Positions 11,889 through 21,062 of a stretch of DNA of 64,000 nucleotides are shown here, one piece after another. Origin of the DNA: an uncultured Verrucomicrobiae bacterium (GTDB taxonomy: Bacteria; Verrucomicrobiota; Verrucomicrobiia; Chthoniobacterales; JAFAMB01). The position numbers and the translations under genes are program-made. The DNA is taken from the NCBI GenBank assembly GCA_963813025.1, contig CAWEXO010000011.1, positions 576,001 through 640,000 of the forward strand, written 5' to 3'. The notes under the pieces are model-generated. The model saw nothing but the letters and a program-made list of their open reading frames with translations, searched no databases and was not told the origin of the DNA. Positions within the stretch are counted from its first letter, which is position 1, and each line of letters starts with the position of its first letter.

Positions 11889-11940
11889 GTGGGACAAGCT
11901 TCCAGCCTGTCGGGGCGACCGGCAGGATGCCGGTGTCACG
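11889..11940. repeat. REP-like inverted pair (GTGGGACA type)
   Basis: GTGGGACAAGCTTCCAGCCTGTC...GACCGGCAGGATGCCGGTGTCAC in the intergenic gap upstream of hypF. Confidence 0.55.
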
Positions 11941-12026
11941 ACGCTCAGAACGCGGCTCGCACGCACTCCGCGACACGCCTGTGCGAGCCGTCTGTGCGAT
12001 AGAGCGAAGGAAATGTTGGGCCCGGC

Positions 12027-12941
12027 TCACAGTTCGACAGCTCCGGCGTCAACATTCATCGGTACCGAAACCTTTACCGTTCCATTTTCTGCTATCAGAG
12101 GGAAAGGCTCAAGGTGGATAGACGGCTGGTCCAGGCAGCGGCCAGCCTCGAGTGCACTGAAGCGATGACCGGCGCGGCAGGTCAGCGTCTGAGCGGTCAA
12201 GATACCCAGGTGGAGTGGTCCATTGCACTCGGGACAGCGATCGCGATAGGCGTACAGATCCTGGTTGACCCGGCAGATCACGAGGTGATGTCCAGCAAGG
12301 TCGACGGTAATCAAGTTCTCCTCCGCGAGCCGCCCAGCATTTTCCACCACAGTCCAGGTCGCCACATTTATCCCCCCGATGTCTGAGTCCTTCTTGACGG
12401 CCGTCAAGCCGTCGACTTCGAAGCCGGCCAAGTCCGGGCAAGCTTCTTCGATGGCCTGACGAAGCGCGAGTTCCAGCGTGACGGCCGAGGAAGGGCAGCT
12501 CTGGCAGGTTCCCACGAATCGCAATCGTGCGAAACCGTCAGAAAAATTCAGCACCTCGACGTTACCCCCATGGCTTTCGAGATAAGGGCGCACCTTCTGA
12601 AGCGCCTCTTGCAGGCGCGTCTCCAGACTAACGGGATGAAGGCCGTGGATCAGCAGCAATCCCCGGACAACGGTGTCGTTGATCAGATCGTGGTAGGGTT
12701 TCTGGCCGTCGATTCCCGAACGCTTGATGATCTGCAGGATCCGGTTCAGGCCGATGCCGTAGAAGCTGACTACCGATTCAACGCATTCATGCATCAGAGA
12801 ACGAGCAGCGGGATTCGGCAGCTTATCAATTTCCTCGATGATCTCTTGAATTCGTTGGCCGTAATGGTTGATGTCGTCGAGTTGTACCGGCGAACTCTCG
12901 AGATCATTCGGACTGCCGTTTCTGCTGGAGTAAGGATTCAT
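12027..12941 (-). CDS. NifU-like plus Rieske-like Fe-S protein (HhyE-like)
   Basis: LLLIHGLHP, RPYLESHGGNVE, GTCQSCPSS; C-terminal RCPEC...LTCRAGH; ATGA overlap with hypA. Confidence 0.82.
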   Translation of the reverse strand: MNPYSSRNGSPNDLESSPVQLDDINHYGQRIQEIIEEIDKLPNPAARSLMHECVESVVSFYGIGLNRILQIIKRSGIDGQKPYHDLINDTVVRGLLLIHGLHPVSLETRLQEALQKVRPYLESHGGNVEVLNFSDGFARLRFVGTCQSCPSSAVTLELALRQAIEEACPDLAGFEVDGLTAVKKDSDIGGINVATWTVVENAGRLAEENLITVDLAGHHLVICRVNQDLYAYRDRCPECNGPLHLGILTAQTLTCRAGHRFSALEAGRCLDQPSIHLEPFPLIAENGTVKVSVPMNVDAGAVEL

Positions 12942-13342
12942 GCGGGAACTCCGGTGCAGGTTTGCTCCGATCGCCCAATAAATCTGATCGAACGGATCGA
13001 GCATTCGTGTCCGGCGATCGGCTCGGTCGCCTGACCGCAGGCTGGGCATTGCAGAGTCGGAACCCGCTTGCCGGAGAGTGCGCCATCCCAGTAGGTCGGT
13101 GTGCCTTCGTAGGAACAATGCGCACAACGGACCGTCGCAGCCATCGTTTCAATCTCGAGGAAGGCTTCGGCCAGAGCGGTCTCCGTCGTGATGGCACCGA
13201 AACAAAACCGAAGCTGCTCTGACTCGATATGCGTCAGCTCGCCGATCCATAGATTGACTTGGAGAACTCGATCGATTCCATGCGCATCCGCGAAACTAAG
13301 CACGGCCTCGGCCAGAGAAGACGCAATGGAAAGTTCATGCAT
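12938..13342 (-). CDS. hypA: Nickel chaperone HypA
   Basis: MHELSIA N-terminus; CAHC and CPACG zinc motifs. Confidence 0.93.
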   Translation of the reverse strand: MHELSIASSLAEAVLSFADAHGIDRVLQVNLWIGELTHIESEQLRFCFGAITTETALAEAFLEIETMAATVRCAHCSYEGTPTYWDGALSGKRVPTLQCPACGQATEPIAGHECSIRSIRFIGRSEQTCTGVPA

Positions 13343-13356
13343 ACATCGATCCTTTC

Positions 13357-14063
13357 TTAGATGGCGAGCAGAGCGGCTCCGACTTCGTCGAGCCCTTCAC
13401 CGGTTTTGCAGCTGGTCGCGATCACTTTGATGTCCGGCTTGAGCTGATGCACATCACTGCGGAGCGTCTCGACGCTCACCTCCATCGCAGAGGCGAGATC
13501 CACCTTGTTGATCACCACGATCTGGGCCCCGAGAAACATGTGCGGATGCTTGCGCACCATCCACGGGCCTTCGGTCACGCTGATTACTACGACGCGCGCT
13601 TTCGACCCCAGCGGAAATTCCGCAGGACAAATCAGATTTCCGATGTTCTCGATGAAGATCAGCCGCAGATCGTGCAGATTGATTTCTTGAGGGCCTTTCC
13701 GACCAGGTTGGCGTCAAGGTGGCAGCCATTGACCGTCGCGATCTGCACCACTTCGACGCCATGCCGGGCGATCGCGTTGGCGTCTTCACTGGTGGTCGCG
13801 TCGCCATTAAATACCGCTATTTTGTGTTGACCTTTCAAGCTGCGCGACCAGCCCGGCGATGAGTGTCGTTTTGCCCGAACCGATCGCGCCCATGAAATCG
13901 ATCGCCGTCACTCCACGCTCGATCGAGGTATTTCGCGATTCTGGCGAGCTATCTTTGCGTTCGCCTCCAGCAAGCTGTGTTCCAGCTCGATATCGTAGAT
14001 CTCCTCCGGAGACGCTTCGATCGTCGGCAGGCTGCCAAGGGGTGGGACAGCCGCGGAACTCAT
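13357..14063 (-). CDS. hypB: Nickel incorporation GTPase HypB (several frameshifts)
   Basis: Fragments across frames: LLEANAKIA, MGAIGSGKT, CHLDA, ENIGNLICPA, TEG....KHP.MF, NKVDL. Confidence 0.85.
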
Positions 14064-15860
14064 TGCGCCAGCCCGAGCAATCCGGTGGGGGTATGGAGTT
14101 GTTTCAATAGCTTGCCTTCGCCCAGATACATGTGGACTCCGCACGGCAGGCAGGGATCAAAACTTCGCACGGTGCGCATGATATCGATTCCCTTGAAGTT
14201 ATCCGGCCCATTCTCTTCGAAGATCGGCGTGTTTTGCACCGCGTCTTCGTAGGGTCCGGGCGTTCCGTAGATGTCCCGCGGATTTGCATTCCAGGGTGTC
14301 GGCGGATAGGGATGGTAGTTGGCGATCTTGCCGCCACGGATCACCAGATGGTGCGAAAGGACGCCGCGAACCGCTTCGTGGAATCCGCAACCGATCGCTT
14401 CATCCGGTACCTTGAAAGGCGTGAACGTCTGTGTCCGGCCCGCGTAAACTTCGCGAATCGCCTGTTCAGTGAAATAGAGCGCACAGGCTGCCGCATAAGC
14501 CTGGAAATAAGTGCGGGCGCGATCCCGCTCGATGGCATTGCTCCACTTCGGGATCTTCCACTCGAATTCCGCCTCGGGCTTGAGAGCGGTCTTGGGCAGC
14601 CGGATTTTCACGCTGTCGCCAGTGGCTTTAACATAACCGATGTCGACCAGATTGGCGAGCGCGGTGCTCCAAAGCCGGGCGATTGGGCCGCCGCCGGTAT
14701 CCAGGGCCAGATGGTCGCCAGTTCGCTTGTCGAGCCAGCGTGGTGACATGACCCAGGTGTATTTGTCGTCAAAGTTACGGCGCTGCGGTTTGGGAATAGT
14801 GGTCTGGTTCCACGGATGCTTTTTGTCTATCGGGTTGCCCAGCGGGTCGTGGGTAACGAATGTTTCTTCGTTGTTCCAATCGTCGTAATAGGACGAACCC
14901 AGCAGGATGCGGATCCCGAGATTGATGTCCACAAGATTGGTCGTGACCAATTTCCCGTCGACACGATGCCTGGAGTAACATACATCGCTTTGCCCCACTC
15001 ATTCATCGTGCGGTAGTTGTAGTCACATACCGCCGGATCCTGAAATGAACCCCAGCAGCCGAGAAGCACTCGACGTTGCCCAACTTTTCGTAGCCCGGCA
15101 AAGCCTCATAGAAAAAGTCAAACAAGTCATCGTGCAGCGGGACCACCTTTTTCATGAACTCCACGTAGCGCATCAGGCGCACCTGGTAGTCGGTGAAGAC
15201 CTGAATGGAAGGAACGGTGCCAACTCCTCCGGGATAGAGCGTCGACGGGTGGACATGGCGACCTTCCATCAGGCAGAACATCTCGCGGGTCAGGCGGCTC
15301 ATCTGCAGCGTCTCGCGATAGAACTCGCCCGAAAACGGGTTCAGCGACGCCATGATATCCGCGATCGTGCGATATCCGTGATCCTTGGCGTGAGGGGCTT
15401 CTTTCTTTTGGGCCTTTTCCCAGACGCCGGGGTTCGTCTCCCGCACCATCGTCTCGCAAAAGTCCACCCCAACCAGATTGTCCTGAAAGATGTTATGGTC
15501 GAACATGTACTCGGCCGCTTCACCTAGATTGATGATCCATTCGGCGAGCGGGGGCGGTTTGACACCGTAAGCCATATTCTGAGCATAGACCGAGCAGGTT
15601 GCATGGTTGTCGCCGCAGATCCCGCAGATCCGGCTAGTGATGAAGTGGGTATCTCGCGGATCCTTATTTTTCATGAAAATGCTATATCCGCGGAAGATCG
15701 AAGAGGTGCTGTGGCACTCGACGACCTGTTTCTTATCGAAATCGATCTTCGTGTAGATTCCGAGACTGCCGACAATGCGGGTAATTGGATCCCACGACAT
15801 TTCGACGACGTTGCCGCTTTCAGTAGGAGCGGCCGTTTTTGGTTCGGCTAGGGCTGGCAT
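14060..15860 (-). CDS. hhyL: Group 1h [NiFe]-hydrogenase large subunit (frameshifts near 14960 and 15070)
   Basis: L1 TSRICGICGDNH, L2 SFDPCLPCGVH and N-terminal WDPITRIVGSLG are typical of group 1h/5. Confidence 0.93.
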
Positions 15861-15932
15861 ATTTGACGACCTCCGGGCGTTAGGGGGATCTTAGTAAAGA
15901 CACTCTGGTAAGTTTAGCTGGGTTAGTTCCGG

Positions 15933-17003
15933 TTAGTTTTGCGCGTAGTGGCGCGGTGTGTACCCGGTGGTAAGCGCCTTGCGGGGATGCCGCCATTTAG
16001 GCTCTTTGTTGACGGTGTGATTGGTGATTCCTCGCAGCAGGCGGATCACGCTACCGTAAACTCCCGATACCGCGCTCGACACGGCTGAGCCCGGCGGTGC
16101 ATCCATGAAAGGCATGAACTTGTCCGGAAATCCCGGCATGGTGCAGCCGATACAAATTCCGCCGACGTTCGGACAGCCACCAATACCGTCCATCCAACCT
16201 CGCTTGGTGACATTGCAGTTCACGACCGGACCCCAACAACCGATTTTCACCAGGCACTTGGGTGAACCGTATTCGCGGGCAAAATCGCCCTGCTCGTAAT
16301 AGCCGGCTCGATCACATCCTTCATGAACGGTTTTCCCGAAAAGCCAGGTTGGACGCAACTGGTCGTCGAGCGGGATCATCGGGGCGAGTCCGGCTACTTG
16401 ATAAAGAAGGTAGAGGACCGTCTCCATCATGTTATCCGGCTGAACCGGGCACCCTGGAACATTGATGATCGGAAGACCGGCCTTTGACTTCCAGTTCCAG
16501 CCAAGATAATCGGCCAGGCCCATGGCACCCGTGGGATTACCTTCCATGGCGTGGATGCCGCCATAGGTCGCGCAGGTTCCGCAGGCAATAACTGCCAGCG
16601 CCTTCGGCGCCAGGCGATCGATCCATTCGTTAGTCGTGATTGGTTGGCCGGTATCCGGATCGGTCCCCATTGCGGCCCAATAACCTTCACTTTTGATCCG
16701 CTCGTTCGGAACCGATCCCTCCATGACGAGGACAAAGGGATCGAGGCGGCCGGCCGCCGCTTGAAACCAGTATTTCATGAAATCGTCGCCGACTTCATAC
16801 GCGAGTACGGGGTTGTGTAAATGCACTTTGGGCAAACCCGGAATGGCGCCGAGAACAACGTCTTCGATGCTGGGCAACGAAGCCGCCGTGATGGAAACCG
16901 AATCACCATCGCAGCCCAGCCCGGTTGTCATCCAAACGATATGGACTTCGGAGACATCCGGCGGACGATCCGCGAGGATTTGGGGAGTTTGTGCGGGGGA
17001 CAT
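15933..17003 (-). CDS. hhyS: Group 1h [NiFe]-hydrogenase small subunit
   Basis: GLGCDGDS, GTCATYGG, PGCP, VHEGCDRAGYYEQG, CIGCTMPGFPDKFMPF; no Tat signal. Confidence 0.95.
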   Translation of the reverse strand: MSPAQTPQILADRPPDVSEVHIVWMTTGLGCDGDSVSITAASLPSIEDVVLGAIPGLPKVHLHNPVLAYEVGDDFMKYWFQAAAGRLDPFVLVMEGSVPNERIKSEGYWAAMGTDPDTGQPITTNEWIDRLAPKALAVIACGTCATYGGIHAMEGNPTGAMGLADYLGWNWKSKAGLPIINVPGCPVQPDNMMETVLYLLYQVAGLAPMIPLDDQLRPTWLFGKTVHEGCDRAGYYEQGDFAREYGSPKCLVKIGCWGPVVNCNVTKRGWMDGIGGCPNVGGICIGCTMPGFPDKFMPFMDAPPGSAVSSAVSGVYGSVIRLLRGITNHTVNKEPKWRHPRKALTTGYTPRHYAQN

Positions 17004-17094
17004 AGTTTTACTTTTTCTAGCTGCGAACAACTTTTGGATTCAGATGCACTGTTCAAAAAATCGAGGGGCAAAGCACCTGAACGGAGACGGGTCA

Positions 17095-17205
17095 CTACAT
17101 CCGGCGAATCCGGAGATAACGTCTCAGCTCTGGCAGATTCGCCAGGATCGCGACGCCGAGCACCACCAGTAAAGCGGTGAAAATGGCTTCTAATGTATGG
17201 TTCAT
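17095..17205 (-). CDS. 36-aa single-TM micro-protein of hhy clusters (not in ORF track)
   Basis: MNHTLEAIFTALLVVLGVAILANLPELRRYLRIRRM; GGAGGT SD and ATGA overlap with the protease stop. Confidence 0.78.
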   Translation of the reverse strand: MNHTLEAIFTALLVVLGVAILANLPELRRYLRIRRM

Positions 17206-17723
17206 GGTAAAATCACCTCCTTTCCGAGGCTGGGTTGGAAATCACGACGAGCGGACCTGTGGCTAAGCAGATCGCGAACGAGGTCTTGAATCAGGTCAAC
17301 CGCTTGTGGAACCACGGACTGCACCGTTTCGCAGAGGCCGATCTCCTCCGCTTCCAGGATAGCCGGTTCGCAGCCCACGACATACATCCGTCCGGTTTTT
17401 GCTCCGAGGTTTTGCACCATTTGCAGGACGCTTGCCGGACTCAGTCCATGCGCGTTGATCAATTCTGGACTCCCCTTTTCACCCGGATCGGCTTCGATCA
17501 GCGACAAGGTTCCCGGCGCTTCTCCGCGCGGCATCGCATCCACCAGAATCACGGCGTCATAGCCGTCCATAATCGCGTAAGCGAGATCGTAGCTGCGGAT
17601 TCCGAAATCCTCGACGTGAACTCCGTCGGGCAAAGTGGTGAGCAGCAACCGGCGAACAACCTCACCACCAAAACCGTCGTCGCCGAAGAAAATGTTGCCC
17701 ACGCCGGCAATCAGGATGCGCAT
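17202..17723 (-). CDS. Hydrogenase maturation endopeptidase (HupD/HyaD family)
   Basis: AGVGNIFFGDDGFG, ILVDA, NAHG, GCEP. Confidence 0.93.
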   Translation of the reverse strand: MRILIAGVGNIFFGDDGFGGEVVRRLLLTTLPDGVHVEDFGIRSYDLAYAIMDGYDAVILVDAMPRGEAPGTLSLIEADPGEKGSPELINAHGLSPASVLQMVQNLGAKTGRMYVVGCEPAILEAEEIGLCETVQSVVPQAVDLIQDLVRDLLSHRSARRDFQPSLGKEVILP

Positions 17724-19033
17724 GGCTCACCTCTTTCCAAGGGTTCAACCTCATCGACCAAGTAGAAGAAGCGATGGCCCGGCTGGCGGATCAGGCCAAG
17801 GTCTTTCCCAGGGTCATCGTCCAGAACGAGCGCAAGATGCACCTGGCCGTCGACGGCTTGCTCGATCGCTTCAATGGCCGCGATTTTTCCGTTCAGAATA
17901 AGGTCCATGGCGTCAGCCCGGCGTTTCGACCGGATGCGGACGCGGTCACCCGGCTTGAGACTCACTTGTCCAATGGTTACACCTTCGAGCTTTGGGTCCC
18001 GTTCAAAAAAGGCTTGTTGAGCGGTTTCCCTCATCATGCCATGCATCCCGAGCCAGCTCTCTTCCGCTAAGGCCTCGGTGCGTTCCAGAATTCGGCGCGC
18101 GTGATCGTCGACCTGACGCATCTCGAGCTTTTCTTCCTCACTCATGGCCAGGATCCGTAGGCTGAGGATCTCGTCGATTTCTGTGCCGTCAAACAGGTCC
18201 CCCGGGCTCTCAGTGGCTACTTTCGGATAATCATAGAGGATAATCGGCGAAGACAGCAGCACATTCCGCTCACATGCCTTTTCGTCGCCGACCAGCACCG
18301 GCCAGGTGCCGATGTTCTTACAGGCGAGCGCGATCTCCCGGAGAGTGTCCGGCGGCTCCAGCAGCGAGACGAACTCGCCGCCGGTGACGGTGAGCACGGT
18401 GTGCGTGCTGGCGCAGGTTCGCATCACGATGGCGTCCTGGTCGTTTAAGAAAGATTCGGCGACGGATGTCGTATTCACTACACAAATCCTGAGTTTCCAG
18501 AGGTTGCAGCCAACTGCTTCGGCGGTCAGTTCGACGGTGCCTTGTAGCGGGTCGTTGCGTAGCCGGATTCTGATGGAATCGTCATCCGGATGATTTGCGA
18601 TTTGCTCCGACGCCGGAAACGCGAACTCGACAACGTGCGGAGATTCGGAGAGTAACCGTGGCTCCGCCGCCGGGAGATCTATCTGCCGCTCGATCGCCTC
18701 CTGCCAGGTAAGCAATCGCTCGTTGGCCCGGCGAATCTCGGGCACGACTGCAAAATTTTTGCCTTCTGATGTCCGAGTCAGAATTTCCCGCCAAATCGGC
18801 TGCAGAAAACGAACTCGGACGGTCAGCTCGGCCTGCGAGATCTCACTCACCAGGCACTCGGTTTGCATCCGGCAAGGTTCGACGCCGTTCTGTGATCGGC
18901 TGTAGACCTCGGGATAAACGCGGCCGAAAGTAAAGCGCTGCTGGTTCTTTTTGGACGACGCTCGATAAGGGTAGAGGATGTACCCCTCGTAGAGCAAGGC
19001 CAGGACCAGTCGCTCGACAAGCGGTGTATTCAC
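17711..19033 (-). CDS. Conserved group 1h hydrogenase accessory protein
   Basis: LLYEGYILYPYR.SS.KNQ.RF.FG, LSSPIILYDYP, ES.GDLFDGTEIDEIL; C-terminal DDPG.DLG...PGHRFF module; GTG start coupled to the upstream stop. Confidence 0.78.
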   Translation of the reverse strand: MNTPLVERLVLALLYEGYILYPYRASSKKNQQRFTFGRVYPEVYSRSQNGVEPCRMQTECLVSEISQAELTVRVRFLQPIWREILTRTSEGKNFAVVPEIRRANERLLTWQEAIERQIDLPAAEPRLLSESPHVVEFAFPASEQIANHPDDDSIRIRLRNDPLQGTVELTAEAVGCNLWKLRICVVNTTSVAESFLNDQDAIVMRTCASTHTVLTVTGGEFVSLLEPPDTLREIALACKNIGTWPVLVGDEKACERNVLLSSPIILYDYPKVATESPGDLFDGTEIDEILSLRILAMSEEEKLEMRQVDDHARRILERTEALAEESWLGMHGMMRETAQQAFFERDPKLEGVTIGQVSLKPGDRVRIRSKRRADAMDLILNGKIAAIEAIEQAVDGQVHLALVLDDDPGKDLGLIRQPGHRFFYLVDEVEPLERGEPCAS

Positions 19034-19725
19034 GGCGCGCCTTTCAGAACGTTTTCCGCGATTTGGGCATTTTCCCAGCGGGCTTCCTCGCCACCAGCGG
19101 CATCCAGGAGTTTTTCGATAACGGCTTCCCAGGAAGCTGCACCCGCCCGGCGGCGAAATGAGTAAAGCCGATCGAACACGTCGCGAGACAGGTAAAGCCA
19201 GGAAAGATTGGGATAAAAGTGCTCCATCAGCTCGTGCCAAGTCCGCACGGGCATGCGGTACTCGCATTCTTTGTTCCAGGACACCTGTTGCACCTGCAGG
19301 CGATTATCAGGACCTCGATAAAAAATGGTGCCGCTGAAGAGAAACAGGAGCGGAATTTCCCCTTGCTCGAGGGCGTAGAAATATTTTGTGGCGCTGACGT
19401 TGAGATCAAACGTACAGGGTACCGGAAGAACGGCCTCGGTTGAACCGGCGAAAGTGCGCAAAGTAGTGCTCGCGTGGGTCCAGAGGCGGTTTCGCAGGGT
19501 CTGGCCCCAGCGGTCCGGTGAGCCGAAAAGATCCACGAGCTTTTCTTTTTCCGCCGGAGCATAGGAGCGGTGGGCCGATTGGACCTGGATCTGCGCTTGC
19601 ACCATCGCCGAGTGAATGGTTTCAGCAGCCGGAGAATTTTTTACTTCGAGATTGAAGTGGAGCAAAGGAGTTAGCCCGCGCGCCGCCGCTGCCACCCCAG
19701 TGATTTTGAAATCGAGCTCAGGCAC
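19030..19725 (-). CDS. Group 1h accessory protein (DUF6084-like)
   Basis: DLFG.P.RWG.TL, VPCTFD.NV...KYF.AL..GEIPL.FLFSGT.F, W.KE..YRMPV. Confidence 0.8.
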   Translation of the reverse strand: MPELDFKITGVAAAARGLTPLLHFNLEVKNSPAAETIHSAMVQAQIQVQSAHRSYAPAEKEKLVDLFGSPDRWGQTLRNRLWTHASTTLRTFAGSTEAVLPVPCTFDLNVSATKYFYALEQGEIPLLFLFSGTIFYRGPDNRLQVQQVSWNKECEYRMPVRTWHELMEHFYPNLSWLYLSRDVFDRLYSFRRRAGAASWEAVIEKLLDAAGGEEARWENAQIAENVLKGAP

Positions 19726-20374
19726 CGGGAACCTCCTTGACGGCGAAATTTTCGCGTCGCGCTTCCGTTTTGAGCTTCGCGAAAAAGGAATCGATTTCTT
19801 TCCAAACCGTTTCTCCCCCGGAGAATCCGCGCCAGTGCAGACGGATGAGCCCGACCAACTCAAAGCAAGTATCGATTGGGACAACAAACGCCTCACGTGC
19901 TGTACCGACGCGATTCACCAGCAGGGCTTCGACATCCGGCTCCAGTCGACTCAGTGCCGGGTTCCGCGCGACCAGAGATCGCCACGCGGCCAGCGGCAAG
20001 AGCGAAGTAGTTGCACCGGCCGCTCCAGGATAGATCGCGTTCACCTTGTCTTCCGCGCTGTTCCAGAAGAAGAACGCCAGGTTAATCGGGAGCGCCAGAT
20101 CATCCCACTGCTGATCGGTGATGAGGAAATCCGCTAAAACCTTTGACTCACGAGGAATCAATTTGAACCGGCTTTCCACCACATCCTGGAAGCGCAGCGC
20201 GCACGGGTCACAGGAACAAACGATTTGCCGATTGGCCATTTCCAGCAAGTGCCGATGTCTCGGAGGGAGAGCGAGGCCGCAAAGTCCGCAGTGCTCCTTC
20301 ACCGCCCGCGGCTGCGCGAAACGCCGAAGCGTAGCAAGAGCGCTCGACCCGATCGGAGGAGCGACTGCTTTCAT
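19718..20374 (-). CDS. Group 1h accessory protein (DUF5947-like, Cys-rich)
   Basis: E.CGLC......HRHL, C.C.PC, LP.NLAFF, YP..AGAT.S.L, VPID.C.ELVG..R.HWRG..GG. Confidence 0.8.
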   Translation of the reverse strand: MKAVAPPIGSSALATLRRFAQPRAVKEHCGLCGLALPPRHRHLLEMANRQIVCSCDPCALRFQDVVESRFKLIPRESKVLADFLITDQQWDDLALPINLAFFFWNSAEDKVNAIYPGAAGATTSLLPLAAWRSLVARNPALSRLEPDVEALLVNRVGTAREAFVVPIDTCFELVGLIRLHWRGFSGGETVWKEIDSFFAKLKTEARRENFAVKEVPGA

Positions 20375-20461
20375 AGGAAGCGGGGAAAACTCTAGCGCTG
20401 CATCAGAAGAAAACGCGAAACATCAGCCCTATGGACCGGGGTTACGCGCGGACAAATTCAA

Positions 20462-20659
20462 TCAGGCCGGCGGAAGGTTCGCCATTTTGGGATTGATCGG
20501 CTCTCGGCGTGATGCGTTGATTCCGGTGGAATCTCTCGCTGAACGATAGTTTTTGGCGTGCAGATCGCGGCCCGGTTCTTTGCGGAAACCCGCTTCTTCG
20601 CCTCGCTTGGTTCCTTCGACATGAGTCGGCTGCGGCGGTCTGTTGGGGAATTCAGGCAT
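20462..20659 (-). CDS. Small conserved protein, first gene of the hhy operon
   Basis: 65 aa with P.HV.G...GE and R.STGIN....PI.P.M..LPPA; AGGA SD upstream. Confidence 0.65.
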   Translation of the reverse strand: MPEFPNRPPQPTHVEGTKRGEEAGFRKEPGRDLHAKNYRSARDSTGINASRREPINPKMANLPPA

Positions 20660-20741
20660 ACAGTGTTCCTGGGGTTCGATGATTTGACTGTGAGAGAGAG
20701 AACGAGAGAACGATACGGGCAGGGGGAACCAGCCGTTTCCG

Positions 20742-20780
20742 ATTATAGCCCAATCCATTCCAAGCCCAAATTTTATTTGG
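20742..20780 (-). promoter_or_regulatory. Candidate hhy operon promoter
   Basis: Perfect TATAAT on the minus strand (20747-20742); inverted repeat CCAAAT-TTT-ATTTGG at 20766-20780 over the -35 region. Confidence 0.4.
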
Positions 20781-21062
20781 AACAATTACGCTGCTTTCTC
20801 GCATTGTGGTGCAACGCGCAATTCGGAGGATCGGCCCTCTTGCCGGTGACTGAACGCGGGTGACAAGCTGAAAGCACCTGACGTTCCCTGCGCCAGCTCA
20901 CCCAGATGCTGTAGTCGTCGTAGCGTTCCGGATTTTGTCGTTCGCGGCAGAGGGCGGAAAACCGCAACAAACGATAAAGAGAGTCTTCTCGTTTTTGCTG
21001 CTGGCCCGATGGAGATTCCAGCGCGAGGTCAGATACTCTCGTCTGTTCAGATCCATCAAAAC

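Noticed and set aside
9548..15860. Programmed frameshifting in hypF, hypB and hhyL
   Set aside because: Similar indels are scattered across unrelated genes without slippery-site signatures; sequencing error is simpler
20747..20763. Sigma54 promoter for the hhy operon
   Set aside because: GG-N10-GC spacing is present, but it lacks TTGC at -12 and overlaps a better TATAAT
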